DNA from: Eledone cirrhosa
Taxonomy: Eukaryota
Assembly: GCA_964016885.1 (NCBI GenBank)
Contig: OZ024741.1
Span: forward strand, 224,130,001 to 224,194,000
Direction of reading: 5' to 3'
Length of the DNA stretch: 64,000 bases
Numbering within the stretch: the stretch's first letter is position 1; each line of letters begins with the position of its first letter. The notes under the pieces were generated by a model, which saw nothing but the letters and a program-made list of their open reading frames with translations, did not search any database and was not told where the DNA came from. Positions 36,651-49,259 of this stretch are shown here, piece after piece. Both the position numbers and the translations under genes were made by a program.

Positions 36651-38369
36651 CAGTAGTAGATTGGCAGTATTGGTAGAGTATTGGACAAAATGGTTTCCGG
36701 CATTTAACTACAACTTTCTATATTCTGAGGTCAACTTTATCCTTCATAATTCTGGGGTCGATAAAATAAAATACCAGTAAAGTTCTGGGGTTGATTTAAT
36801 TGATTTTTGTGCCTAAAGTAGAAATCAGTAGAAATCATTATTATGTTCTGAGTTCAAATTCCACCTAAATCAGAAACCAATATAATTGTTGTAATTAAAG
36901 GATTGGCAGAATCGGTAGAGCATCGGATAACATGCTTTATGGCATAGAGTTACGGCTCTTTACATTCTGAGTTCAAATCCTGCCACGGTTAGCTTTGCCT
37001 TTCATCCTTAAAGAGTCAATACAATAAAGTACCAGTACTGCACTGGGGTTGATTTAATCGACTTGCCTCTCCCCACCGAAAATTGTTGGCCTTGTGTCGT
37101 GTCTAAATCAGAAACCATACTTATTCATCCCTCCCCACCTCACATACATAACAAGACCTTTGTCTGGAAGGCAAGGGAAGTAAACTGAGCAGCAATCCTG
37201 TCTTTTCTAGAATAGAGATACCTAATAGAGAGACGAATATCTATTTATTTATTCTTTCTATGGTTCTTTGTTTTGTGTATGAGACAGCTGCTATTATGCA
37301 ATATCCCCTAACGATGGTGGGATTAGGGTGTGTAAGGTCCATATTCTCAGTTGGACAGAGATCTGGGTATTCACTCAGTATATGTTGAGCATTCTACTCT
37401 GGTAAATCATGCTGGCAGGCTGCTGATGGTTACATTGAATTGGCCAACACTGTGTAGCCGATTCAAGGATATCTACTCTGCCCAAGGGAGGTTAGTGCCA
37501 GAGGAGAAGGCTGTATTGGGTTAGGCATTTAGTTGGGTGGGTCAAGATGTCTTGCCAACTCTCCATGTCTGAAGCATGTTGAAATCTGAGTCTCACAGCT
37601 TTACTATCTTACAAAAGAAAGGGCAGCGTGACATCAAGTGTTGTTGACCTAGTAGCTGAGAATCTTCAGCTATGTCATGGAGTGAATGACTCGAGTCCAT
37701 TGAGGCTTTGGTTACCAACTAAAGTGCGTAATACTCTCTAAGAATCGATTCTATGGTGCTTGGTTAAGGAGTAAACTTCATAATCATGTGATTTCAGTTT
37801 CTATCACACTGTGTGGCTCCTTGGGCAAGTAAGTGCCTTCTACTATCGCCATGAGCCAACCAATACTTTGTGAGTGAAATTTGGGGATCACATTATATAC
37901 AATCACTCAGTACACTTCTGTAAAGTGGTTTATGATAGCAAGGGCTTTCAGCCATAAAAAACCTGCCAAACAAAGGATCAGGAAGACTCTTCAGCTATAC
38001 CAAGGACATGACATCTTCCCTGATGCATTAGCTATGAAATTAAAGTGAAATAACTACACGCAGATATCAAAATAAATTTGCAGACAGGGCACACCAAAAT
38101 TTACTATAGTAACCATATATCGTTTGCTAACATAGACAGAAAACCTCAAATTTTAGAGGAGTTAGTCAATTAAATTTAACTCAGAAATACGTAAGGCAAA
38201 GTTGATGGGATTTGAATTCAGACATAAAGAGCTGTAACTAAATACTGCAAGCTATTTTGTCCAATGTTTCACTGATTCTACCAATCTATTGCACATTTTT
38301 AAATAAGGATTTTAAGGGACTTTAAAAACTACAAAGGCTGCCATATATTGCTGACAACTTTATTTTATA

Positions 38370-38870
38370 TAGGTGACCTAATCAACAACAAAGGAGAGAG
38401 AAAGTTGCTTTGAGAGCATATTAGCCGGGATAAGAATAGGATGGGAAAAATTTAAAGAATTACTACTTATGTTGACAACAAAAGGTTTCTCCTTATTAAC
38501 AAAAGTGTTGGTTGTATGATGCTTGTTTGTGATGTGTGATGATGCATAGTAGTGAGATGTAGGCAGTGAATGCTGAGTATGTGCAAAGGCTGGAGAGAAA
38601 TGGAGTGAGCATGGATGAACTGAGAAAAAAACTGGGTATAACAAAAATCAGATCTGTGCAAAACTGCGCTGGTATAGACATGTGATATGCATGGATGGTG
38701 ATTGCTGGGTAAAGAGTGCAAAGAAAGGAAACCACTATAGAAGGAAACCACTATAGAGAAAGACCAGGGAAGATTTGGGTGGAGATGGTGAGAGCTGATC
38801 TCAAATCACTGAAACTCACAGAAGAGTTGACAAAGGAAGGCAATGAGTGGAGGGATGCTGTGCTGATATA
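38370..38870 (+). mobile_element. Decayed RTE LINE 3' end
   Basis: RIRIGWEKFKELLLMLTTKGFSL..GRPGKIW-like motifs. Confidence 0.75.
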
Positions 38871-40352
38871 AAACAACAATGGTGTTAGAGTTGAAGTAAG
38901 GGTTTGAGGAGACTGTAAAAACTATAATACTCTTTACTCCTATGTATTGCTGACATTTGCCTCAATGATCCATTTTGTGCTGCCTTCATTACAAATGGAA
39001 TGAAGATGATGCAAGAGTCATCTTTAGTTTTTTTTCTCATTGATTCTGTAATGTCTATCAATTTTTCATTCTCATCACGACCTTATTAGAAACAAAAGAC
39101 TGATTTCTGCACAGATTAGCAGATCAAAGAGCAACTTCCAGACAAATATTGTCATATTCTTGCTTTATATCAAACATTTAAGCAATCATCAAGTCTCTGA
39201 GAGCTAACATAAGTTGCACCGCAAACAGATTTTATCAGGAATTACAATGGCGTTTATAGTGTATGTCTGCATGTGTATGAATGTGTGTGTGTATATATAC
39301 GGATGTATATATGTGAGTGCATATATGTATGCATATATCCATGTGTATATGTGTGTGTATGTATGGACATGTATGTGTGTGTTTGTGCATATATGTGTGT
39401 ATGCTTGTGTGTGTATTGTCTGCATATTTGTTTCTATGTTTGTCTTTCTATCTGTCTGTCCGGTTGTCTCTCTATATATATGTTTTTCTTCTCTGTGTAT
39501 ATGTATGTATATATATATATATATGTGTATATGTGCATATATATACATACATGTATGTAAGGTGCTCATGCTGGAGACATGACAAAAGAGCACCTTGTCC
39601 ACCTTGTACAGTGGTTGTGTTGGTGACATGACAAAAAACACCCAGTCCACCCTGTAATGTGGTCATATTGGTGATATGACAAAATGCACCAGCCTACCCT
39701 ATAAAGTGATTATGTTACTGGCATGACAAAGAGCACCCAGTCCAGCCTGTCAAGTGGTCATGTTGGTGACACATTGAAAAAGTACCCAGACCAACCTGTC
39801 AGTTGGTTCTTTTGGTACCACAATAAAAACCATCCAGTCCACGTTATAAATGTGGTTGGCATTAGGAAGGGCATCAAATCATAGAAACCAAACCCTAAAC
39901 AGTTCTGTATGAGCAAAACATCGTCACCTGATCTGACTTGTCCTACAATGAGGCAACTTGTCTAACCTATGCTAGTGTGGAAAATGGACATTAGATAGAA
40001 ATGATGATGATGATAATGATATATGTATATATATTTTTACATATACATATACATGGTAAATACACAAAGAACAGCACATCTTCATCTTCATCACCATCAT
40101 CATCATTTTATGTCTGCACTGTTTAATATCTATACAAGTTGTCATGTGCTATGGCTATACTAATCATGTGACCATGTCTTGCTCGTGCACTTTGTTTTTA
40201 TGGCTGAATGCTTTTCCTAATGCCAATCACTTTACAGCATTTTATCATGACTCTGGTACTCCGACCTTACAGAGTGGACTGGGTGTTTGTTATCATGGCA
40301 CCAACACTGGGAAGACATTGCTGGGATATTTCATCATCATTATAACCATTTC

Positions 40353-41100
40353 ACAGTATCGGTAGAGGGTTGGACGCCATGCTTTGCAGCAAAGAGTTAC
40401 AGCCCCTTATGGTCTGAGTTCATATCCTGCTGAGGTTAACTTTGCCTTTCATCCTTACGGGGTCGATAAAATAAAGTACCATACATAAAATAAAGTTCAT
40501 ACTTGCATCTATTAGACGGGTCATCCATGTTATGAGACAAGTCTGGCCATGTGGCCACACTGTACCTTGCTCAAATGGAACAATATTGTGGCTGGGATTT
40601 TTACAGCTGGATGTCCTTCCTAACACCAACCAGATTTATAGTGCGGAACTGAGTAGCACTGTTATGAGGAGGCTCTGGCCAGTTGCTACAAGGAAAAGGG
40701 TGATGTTCTAGAAAGGGGCAACTAAAGAGGAATAAAACTAATGGACCAAGTTATGAAAGTGATGGAGAAAGTTCTAGTACATCTATAAGGATGAAAGGCA
40801 AAGTTAACCTTGGCGAGATTTGAACTCAGACCATAAAGGGGCATCACTCCATGCTGCAAAGTATGGCGTCTGACCTTCTACCGATATTGCCAATAGATGT
40901 GAAATAATTGTTTCTACTTTTGGCACAAGGCCAGCAATTATCCCAGTGTATTACTGGTACTTATTTTATCGACCCCTTAAGGATGAAAGGCAAAGTTAAC
41001 CTCGGCGAGATATGAACTCAGACCATAAAGGGCTGTAACTCTTTGCTGCAAAGCATGGCGTCCAACCCTCTACAACCCTCTACCGATACTGCCAATCCAA
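40353..41100. mobile_element. Cluster of family B SINEs (+ 40353-40480; - 40787-40893; - 40905-41100) around RTE scraps
   Basis: SINE bodies; TSD-like gatgtgaaataat on both sides of the last copy. Confidence 0.8.
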
Positions 41101-42774
41101 TGGATGTGAAATAATGATGATGATATATATATATGTATCCCAGTTTTTAAAATAGGTACAGGTACGTTGTATTCCTATGTGTCATAAGAGGCGAATAATA
41201 GGGTGAGCATCAGGAAAGCATCTGACTAAAACATTGTCTCAAAACATCTCATCCAACCCATGCCAGCATGGAAAAGTGGATATAAAAATTATGTTAATTG
41301 TTTCTATTTTTGACACAAGGCCAGCAATTACCCCAGTGCATTACTGGTGCTTTATTTTATTGACTCCGTAAGGATGTAAGGTAAAGTTAACCTCGGCGGG
41401 ATTTGAACCCAGAACGTAAAGGGCCACAACTCGATGTTGCAACGCATGGTGCCTGATGTTCTATTGATACTGCCAATCCACTGTCGTCCTTGTAATATGG
41501 TAATAATGATGAGGAGAAGGATGATATATACATGCATGTACCTATCTCTCTATCAAACAATTTATCTTGTCATTGGTCTTTCTTGCTCCCATCTCTGTCA
41601 ATTCCTCCATATTTATCTTCATCAAACTCACTGTCCGACTATGTATACACTTTATCTATCTATACACCTGTCTGTGGATCTAAAATCACAATTGTGTGCA
41701 AGAATTTTGCTCTTCTGCCAGGTTTTCAGTTTTAAAAAACATTCACATTTCTACTACATCATACAAATCTGTCCCACTTCAGACTCACACATGTGCACAT
41801 ACACACACACATGTGCACACAGACATGCACATGTGCGCACACAAACACACACACATGCGTGCACACACACACAAAACAAACTAAATCGTAAAATAGAACA
41901 AATAGCGATTTCTAATTTTGGGACAAGGCCAGCAATTTTGGAGCGGGATAAGTTGATTATGTTGACCCCAGTACTTAATTGGTGATTTATTTTATTAACC
42001 CTGGAAGGATAAAAGGCAAAGTTGACCTCAGCTGGATTTGAACTTAGAATGTAGAAAATCATAACTAAAAATACCACAGAGAATTTTGTTTGATGCTCTA
42101 CTAATGCTGCCAATTTATCTACCTCAATAATATAGCAAATAACAAAAAAAAAACAAAATTCAAAAGAAAAAAAAAACATGTGAATAAAGGAAGGAAATCC
42201 CTAGAACCATTTGAAACGGAAGGAAAAGACTGGCAGAATTGAGCAGAATGTCTCAAACAAATAATGAAAAACTTGGAAAAAACCTGGAAAAAAAAAGAAG
42301 AGACAAGATATAACCCTTCTCTCACACCATTAGTAAGATTGTGAATATTTGAGGAAAGAGAAAAGAGAAAAAACAACAATATTACTGTCTCAAAAGAGAG
42401 AAGAGTATGAAGGAATGGTGGATAGAAGAAAGAAAAATTCCAATATTGGACTGTGTGTATCGATAAATCAATGCTTTACTGTATGTTAATGTTGGCTTGG
42501 CTTCTGTTGTGTTGCTTTTCATACTTCTTTTTTATCTTCTTCTCTGCTGGCTTCACTCACTACTGAATACACTTGCTTTATCTTGAACACAGCTCTGTAG
42601 TGTTGAGCTGTGTGCTATGTTGCTGTTTGTGTGCTGGCTGTATTTGTATGGTGTATTGCTTCATACTACATTGTGTTCATTATGGTCTCTTGTACTGTTT
42701 GTTGGCTTTACTTACTTTTGAATTAGACTGGCCTTATCTCAACTATGCCTCTCAATAATGCTGGTTTGTTTTTA

Positions 42775-43697
42775 GTGTTGTGTGTTCTGTGTTGCTGGGG
42801 TGTGTTGTATGTTGTGTTGTGTGTTGTGTGTTGTGTGTTGTGTATTGTATGATGTGTGTTGTGTGTTGCTAGTGTGTTGTGTGTTACTGGTGTGATGTGT
42901 GTTGTGTGTTGCTAGTGTGTTGTGTGTTACTGGTGTGATGTGTGTTGTGTGTTGCTAGTGTGTTGTGTGTTGTGTATTGCTAGTGTGTTGTGTGTTGTGT
43001 GTTGTGTGTTACTGGTGTGATGTGTGTTGTGTGTTGCTAGTGTGTTGTGTGTTGTGTGTTGCTAGTGTGTTGTGTGTTACTGGTGTGATGTGTGTTGTCT
43101 GTTGCTAGTTTGTTGTGTGTTACTGATGTGATGTGTGTTGTGTGTTGCTAGTGTGTTGTGTGTTACTGGTGTGATGTGTGTTGTGTGTTGTGTGATGTGT
43201 GTTGCTGGTGTGTGTTGTGTATTGTGTGTTGCTGTTGCGTGTTGCTGGTGTGTGTTTTGTTGCTGGTGTGTTGTATGTTGCTGGTGTGTGTTGTGTGTTG
43301 CTGGTATGTGTTGTGTTGCTGGTGTGTTGTGTGTTGCTGGTTTGTGTTGTGTGTTGTGTCTTGCTGTTGTGTGTTGCTGGTGTGTGTTGTGTGTTGTGTG
43401 TTCCTGTTGTGTGTTGTGTGTTGTGTTGCTGGTGTGTTGTGTGTTGCTAGTGTGTGTTGTGTTGCTGGTGTGTGTTGTGTTGCTGGTGTGTGTTGTGTTG
43501 CTGGTGTGTTGTATGTTGTATGTTGCTGGTGTGTTGTGTGTTGTGTCTTGCTGTTGTGTGTTGTGTATTGCTGGCGTGTTGTGTGTTGTGTCTTGCTGTT
43601 GTGTGTTGTGTGTTGCTGGTGTGTGTTGTGTGTTGCTGGTGTGTTGTGTGTTGTGTGTTGCTGGTGTGTGTTGTATCTTGCTGTTGTGTGTTGTTGG
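42775..43697. repeat. Degenerate (GTTGTGT)n/TG-rich repeat
   Basis: Direct observation; source of the C/V-rich and T/H/Q-rich ORFs. Confidence 0.95.
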
Positions 43698-44962
43698 TTT
43701 CACAGGCTCCTAAATTATAGAGGTGTTCTCTCAACTATGCCTCTGTAATAATAACATACCTGCCAACCTCTAAAAGCCTAAACAGGGAGTACCATGGAAA
43801 AAAGGGCTCCAAAACGGGAACAAATGAGACAAAATGAGGAAATTTTACATAATGAAAGCTATACCCATTTTCACAAGAGAAGACATCTCTCACCTACCCT
43901 AAAGTGACTTGGATATCTCCTCATTGGACCGGGAGAGTTGATAGGTCCGTAATGATTATTTGGTGTGTTTGGTGTTCATGTTGTGTGTTGGCTTCACACA
44001 CTACTAAATTACACAAACACAACTTAATAATGTTAGTCATTGATGGAGTGTGTTGTGTGGAGTGTGTATTAGTAATGCATACATGTGGAGATGATGTCTG
44101 TTGGAGCTATACACATAGTGTATGTTTCATGTTGGTATTATGATGTTGCAGGTCTGGTATTTTTTTGTTTGTTTGTTTATGTGTTGATATAACCATGTTT
44201 ATAGGATGTGTTGTGGTTTGAGTACTGTGGACTAGACCTTAGTGTGCAGTAGTATCTGGAAGACCCAAAGCCTTCATATTGCAACAAAACTCTGAAGCAG
44301 TAGAATTACTACTATGTAGTTTGCCTTCTTTCATGTCTTATTCTTTTTATTTATTGTAACTTTCTTCTACTAAACCACTGGAAACCACCATTAGATTTAT
44401 AATACAAAGCTGTTTGTTCTAAAGATCAACCAAATGGATGTTAAATGATGATGATGATGACAATAGCGACGATGATGAGGATGATGATGATGATTATGAT
44501 GACGATGACACTGATGATAATAATGATGATGAGGAGGAAGAGGAGGATATTTATTTTTAAAAATCTTCCATCATAATTTTATGCCAGAACTGTTGTTAAG
44601 TTATGTTCCAAATGTTGGCTTGATAATGAGAAAGTTAGTTATAGTACTAAATTCCTCCAAATTCTTGATTATTTTCAAAAGGATAAACAATGTCTTTCAT
44701 TATAAATATGGTAATGTAAAGGTTAAATGACTTTGATTTATTATATAAAAACTTTACATGTGCTTATTGTTTTCTGGTCAAACCTTGATTTGGTTGGTAT
44801 AAAATATTGGTACCACCAATATTGTTTTCTTTTGACTGCTTAGAAATTGTATGCATATCTATATTTCCTATGTTTGAGGAGATGTACAAAAACAACACTG
44901 TCTTTTTTAATTTCTCTCTCTTTTTGTCTTTATTTTTGTGTGTGTCTCTCATTCTGGTTTAA

Positions 44963-45028
<66 letters not shown>

Positions 45029-45059
45029 TAGATAGATAGATAGATATAGTTCAAGGAGA

Positions 45060-45648
45060 CAACACACAGAGGTACAAAAAGTCTTATTAATGGTGTGTAA
45101 ACTGTGAGTGGAGGTAGGAATTAGCGGGTTGCGTCACCATGTGATGTAATATCCAGGGAGTACGTAACTGTGATCTCGGCTCTCTGCAGCCATTGAGTGT
45201 TTTTTCACATGTTTTTGTTAACAGCTCCTCAATTTTTGGCTGCCATTGAGTGATGGCCACAGCACAATGAACCAACCTGAAGTTTCTAGTCTGGCTGGGG
45301 AAAACTCAGTCAGAAGTATTTGGAATACTGCAACATGTGTGCAGAGATGAGATGATGTCACGTTCATGGGTTTTTGAGTGGCACAAAATGTTCAAAGACA
45401 TGTGCAGGAGCAGAAGGCCTTCAACAAACAGAACTGAGGCCAATGTTAAGCGTGTGAGGTAGGTGGTGCGTGGCAACTGTTGGCTGACTGTTAGACTGAT
45501 TACAAGTGAGCTGGGCATGAATAGTGATAGCTTTTGGAAGATTATCACCGAAGATTTGTGTATGTGGAAGATCTGTGTGAAGATGGTGTTGAAGCTGCTG
45601 AATGATGATCAGAGGGACCGGCATATGCAGGTGTGTAAGGATATCCTC
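45060..45648 (+). mobile_element. mariner transposon 5' fragment (transposase N-terminal HTH), decayed
   Basis: MNLKFLVWLGKT-like..MSRSWVFEWHKMFK..RPST.RTEANV..LTVRLITSELGM..KIITEDLCMWKICVKMVLKLLNDDQR. Confidence 0.85.
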
Positions 45649-45880
45649 CACCACCACCACCACCACTTGTCGACTACTGTCGAGATGATGGATCTCACTC
45701 TCATGCCCCAGAATCCCCTGTCCCCCATCGCTGCCCCCAGGTTCTGTCTGCTGATTCCCGTATCCCTAGAGATAACGCCAGGGAATGACAGCTTCCTACT
45801 CCTAGTCAGGCTGGAGTCAGGGTTCCAGAGCAAGAGAGCGGATATGATTTCATTGCTGGCACGGTGACATCCAGGAGTTT
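45648..45880 (-). mobile_element. RTE LINE 3' end with (TGG)n tail
   Basis: CHRASNEIISALLLWNP..ISRDTG..AAMGDRGFW. Confidence 0.75.
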
Positions 45881-46271
45881 TGCAAGACATCCTACTGCAA
45901 GCCAGAGACCATATTTGTAATTTGAGCAAACAGACAGTAGGTGGCAGGATGTTGAAATGGTAAATAGACAGAGCTAAAAAAACAAAGACAGGCTCATAAA
46001 GAATGAAAGAAATAGGGAGGGCAAGGAACAATATCAGGTAGTTAGAAGAGAAGCTAGATGCCAGGTGTACTAAGCAAGGAGAGATAAGAGCTTTAACAAT
46101 GTTCTGAAAGAGGTGTTTTGGTTTGCAAAGCAGTGTATGAATATGAATCATTTTCATGTGTTGGGAATGTGTGTGTACATAATGACCATGGTACATTCTG
46201 ACTTCACTGATACTGATAAAGAAAGTGATATAGAAATGATTTTACAGACGATTGCTAAATGAAAATAATTC

Positions 46272-46326
<55 letters not shown>

Positions 46327-46329
46327 TAC

Positions 46330-47648
46330 TCCAAGTAAACCAAGCAGGGGGACCAGCTATTGAAATTGACAGCTATATAGTCAAAATGGTTATTAAGAAT
46401 ATGAAAGCAGGGAAAGCAGCTGGATCATCAGGGAAATTCGCTGAGATGCTGAAGTAGGACACATACTAGTCAGTTGCATAGTCAATCAGATAGTACAGGA
46501 AGGTGTCATATCCAATGACTAGCAGAGCAATATCTTCATCAACTGCTACAAGGAAAATGGAGATTTTTACAAAGAAGAAACTACAGAGGCGTCAAATTAA
46601 TGGATCAAGTAATAAAAATAACAGAAAGAATTATAGCATAATTGATTAGGAAGAAAATTAGATTCGATGTATGCAGTTTTAGTTTGTGCCAGGACAGGAC
46701 ACTACTGATAGTATTGTTTCACAGATGGAAGTCTCCCTGTAGTGAGACAACTACAGTTTTTAGCAAAAAGTAAGCAACTATAGCTAGTACTTGTTGACCT
46801 AAAGAAGGCTTTTGACAGGTTATTACACTTTGTAGACTGGTGGTAAGTAAGGACACTAGGATAACAAGAATAGTTTGTGAGTGCTGTTCAAGTCACAAAC
46901 TAGGGGAAGATGAATAGTTTGTAAGAGCTGTGCAAGCTATATAGAGAAGTGTATGGTTTGTAAGAGTTGTGCAAGGCTCATATAGAAATGTCTGGTTTGT
47001 GAGAGCCGTGTGTGCTACATTCAGAGATGAATGGTTTATGAGAGCTGTGCAAGCTACATAGAGAAGTTAATGGTTTGTGAAAGCTGCATATATACCACAT
47101 ACACAGATGCTAACAGCAAGGTGATAGTTAGGAATAAGTTCAGTGAGGAGTTTAGCATATGTTTAGATATCCATTAAGGTTCTATTCTCAGCCTCCTCCT
47201 GTTCTGAAGACTATAACTGAGGAGTTTAAATCTGGCTGTTTGTAGGAACTTCTGTCTTCTGATGACCTGCTGTCAGTTGAAGAATTAAATTAATAAATTC
47301 TAGATCATCTTTATCATCATCACGATCAAAGTTTAAAGACTAGTTTCTATGCTTGTATGAGTTAGATTATGAGGCTAGACAAGTCAGGTAATTACATCTT
47401 CCTCGTACACTCTGTTTTTGGCTTAGTTTTCTACAATTGGATTCCCTTCCTAACATCAACCATCTTACAGTGTGTACTGGGAGGTTTTTATTGTGACTCT
47501 AGTTCTACCATCTTACAGGGTAGGAGCAAAATCTAGAATCCAAAGGATTCAGAAAAAAACTTAGGAAAAACTAAAACTTTAGTAGATAGGAAAGAAATAG
47601 CCTGTCTGGCATCTGGAAAATGGTCCTGCTCTCAATATGCAGAAAAAG
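46330..47648 (+). mobile_element. Decayed RTE LINE RT region
   Basis: KNMKAGKAAGSSG, RNYRGVKLMDQVIKITERII, LVLVDLKKAFDR, GSILSLLLF, SGKWSCSQ; many stops. Confidence 0.8.
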
Positions 47649-47649
47649 A

Positions 47650-47694
47650 GTTGTTGTTGTTGTCGTCGTCGTCGTCGTCGTCGTTGTTGTTGTT

Positions 47695-47751
<57 letters not shown>

Positions 47752-47820
47752 CTTCTTCTTCTTCTTCTTCTTCTTCTTCTTCTTCTCCTCCTCCTCCTCC
47801 TCCTCCTCCTCCTCCTCCCC
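47650..47820. repeat. Compound trinucleotide microsatellite (TTG/TCG/TTC/TCC)
   Basis: Direct observation. Confidence 0.97.
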
Positions 47821-47874
47821 CCCTCTTCCTTCTACCCCCCCTCCTCTGTTGAGAAGAGGGTTGTGGGGGGAAGA

Positions 47875-48205
47875 GTCCTCAAACACTCCTTCCTGTCAGA
47901 AGCAACCATCTCCAATTGATCCAACTGAGATTAGCTGAGCTCATGGATGTTATCCAACCATCTTCTTCAGAGTCTACCCCTGGGTCGGGTCTCTTTGTCA
48001 GTTCGTTTTACCCATAAAATCTGTCCAAATTTTTTTCTGAGACATTCTAACCACATGCCCATAATATCAGAGCTGTGACCTCTCAATTTGGAGAAGTAAC
48101 GGCTCTCTCTACCTGGAGTGACTCTCTGATTTCTGAGGTATGCACTCTATCAAGTAACATTACTCCAAAGACCCTTCAGAGGAACTCCATTTCGATCACT
48201 TGCTT
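47875..48205 (-). mobile_element. RTE LINE 3' fragment
   Basis: Minus strand encodes IERSQL.Y.GHVVRMS..KRTDKETRPRGRL.RRWLDNI-like motifs. Confidence 0.65.
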
Positions 48206-48459
48206 TCAAGCCTTGCACTGGACCAATCCCACTCCCTGAAGAACAGGTCAGCATCATTGACTGTCATCAAGTTGCAGGATTTACACAAGTTTTCCTTCTC
48301 CTAGAATGATGTTCTAAGAAGAACTTGGGGTCGCTTTCTCCTGGTGGGCTAACCATGCACTCAGGCACCAAATCAAATATTACCATGTCACCCACACATA
48401 CATTCATACATACATTCATACATACTTCATATAAACATACATACATTCATACATACATA

Positions 48460-48750
48460 CATGGTGGCTGCCAACTCGTTTTCGAGTATGGCCACTACCT
48501 TATATCCATGTAGGAGAACCCCTACCGATGCGCTGAACGAGTGTGACTTTTTAGTCCAGCCAGCGACTTGAAAACTCTGGTACAAACACTACACTTGTGA
48601 CAATTATTGACACATAGTGCTGGGCCCATGAAACCATGCGAGGACAAGTGCAGAGAGATCTCCAGATATAAAGCAATGCCTGTGCCGTGAAGCTTTTATA
48701 GTGAGCAAAGGCACTGCACAAAGCCAGTCCCACTCTCTTAACCAAGATGA
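48460..48750 (-). mobile_element. 5'-truncated copy of the bipartite RTE derivative
   Basis: Near-identical to 33858-34150. Confidence 0.85.
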
Positions 48751-49041
48751 TATATACATACATACATACATACATATATACATACATACATACATATATA
48801 CATACATACATACATATATACATACATACATACATACATAGACGTTAAACGATGCATACGTACACACATCCATACATACATAATCATACATGCATGTATG
48901 CACACATGCACATACACACATGCATGCACGTGCGCGTGCACACACACATATATAATTTAAATGCAGTTTAAATTATGTATCAATAACAATTGTTTTCAAA
49001 GAGTAAATATCTGTAATGTTTATACAAACCTATCTATTTAA

Positions 49042-49259
49042 CCCTTTAGCATTTACATTACTCTATATTTACTATTGTATTTTCACGGTAAAGGTTTTAC
49101 CTCACATAATTATCTCACATAATATCGAATCTATGAGATTTTGATATTTATTTTGAGAACAATGCCTTAACATAAGTATGAGCAGCCAGTTACAGCTGGT
49201 TTGAACAGAACGAGGTGAGAGAATTCTGGCCAGATACAGCCGGTTTAAATGCTAAAGGG
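49042..49259. mobile_element. piggyBac-type MITE (cleanest copy)
   Basis: TTAA TSDs at 49038-49041 and 49260-49263; TIR CCCTTTAGCATTTA / TAAATGCTAAAGGG. Confidence 0.88.

Noticed and set aside
43077-43748. Cys-rich and mucin-like ORFs
   Set aside because: TG-rich simple repeat open in many frames
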